Assembly: GCA_030141605.1 (NCBI GenBank)
Contig: JAQGDQ010000095.1
Span: 372,001 to 436,000 of the forward strand
Source of the DNA: Tubiluchus corallicola
Taxonomy: Eukaryota > Animalia > Priapulida
Direction of reading: 5' to 3'
Length of the DNA: 64,000 nt
Each line of letters opens with the position of its first letter. Position 1 is the stretch's first letter. Positions 63,381 through 64,000 of the stretch are shown one piece after another. Made by a program: the position numbers and the translations under genes. The notes below the pieces were generated by a model. It saw only the letters and a list, made by a program, of their open reading frames with translations. It was not told the origin of the DNA and searched no databases.

Positions 63381-64000
63381 ATGATTAGGTGCAAGCAATT
63401 AATGCTACAAATTCAACTCGAATCAAATTTTTAGCTTTCAAATTTGAATTGCAGCAAATTTTGAATCTGTAATAAAACAATGATGTGCACAAAAAACTGA
63501 ATTTAGTTCTGAGATGACGAAGGCTGCGCATGCATATAGGATACGGCACCACTATTTACTACTAAGTGACTGATTCAGATAAACTGTGCTGACTGCATGT
63601 TGTTTCAAATGTTTTAATGAAAGAGTTAAACGTTCGATGCTCACTAATTCGAGATTAGTTTTGTATCGCCTGTAAGTTGTATGTTTTATTGCATATCTTG
63701 CAAATTGCCTCTGACGACTCAATAAACCTAAATGATATAAAGTAAGTACTTGCTTCGATCTACGAACCATGCTAACAATATAAATTATGCTTTCTAAATA
63801 ATTAATATAATATGACACCCAATACAGACTGCAGATGATCGCCAATGCTGACCAAATAATTCCCACTCCCAGCTAGAGCTCATTACTCATTTTCATTAAT
63901 GGCAGCTCTCAATTAAAGATCAATGATATTCCTTTCGTTCTGCGGTAAAAACTGGTCAAAATCAATTTTGTTAAAAAAATAATACACAAAAATAGCTGCT

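Overview
AT-rich animal (probably invertebrate) genomic DNA with spliceosomal introns; there are no prokaryotic features. Four host genes can be reconstructed by eye. (1) The 5' 177 codons of an EHD/Past1-family ATPase run off the left edge on the minus strand, with no intron. (2) A 4-exon RRP1/RRP1B (Nop52) gene lies on the plus strand. (3) A complete 12-coding-exon WDFY1/2 (WD40+FYVE) gene lies on the minus strand and contains a U12-type (minor spliceosome) intron. (4) A glycogenin gene lies on the minus strand, with a candidate 24-nt microexon and two candidate alternative first exons. Between and within these genes are a nearly full-length decayed RTE-clade LINE with a structured 5' UTR, several CR1/L2-group LINE fragments, and a composite LINE block present twice about 39 kb apart. 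There are also MITEs of several DNA-transposon superfamilies with TSDs, tRNA-derived SINE remnants, tandem duplications and microsatellites. I found no convincing wholly new biological system. The best leads are the minor intron, the intronless divergent EHD, a triplicated basic module in RRP1, the glycogenin splicing options and the RTE leader structure. All family assignments come from motif recognition, not database searches.
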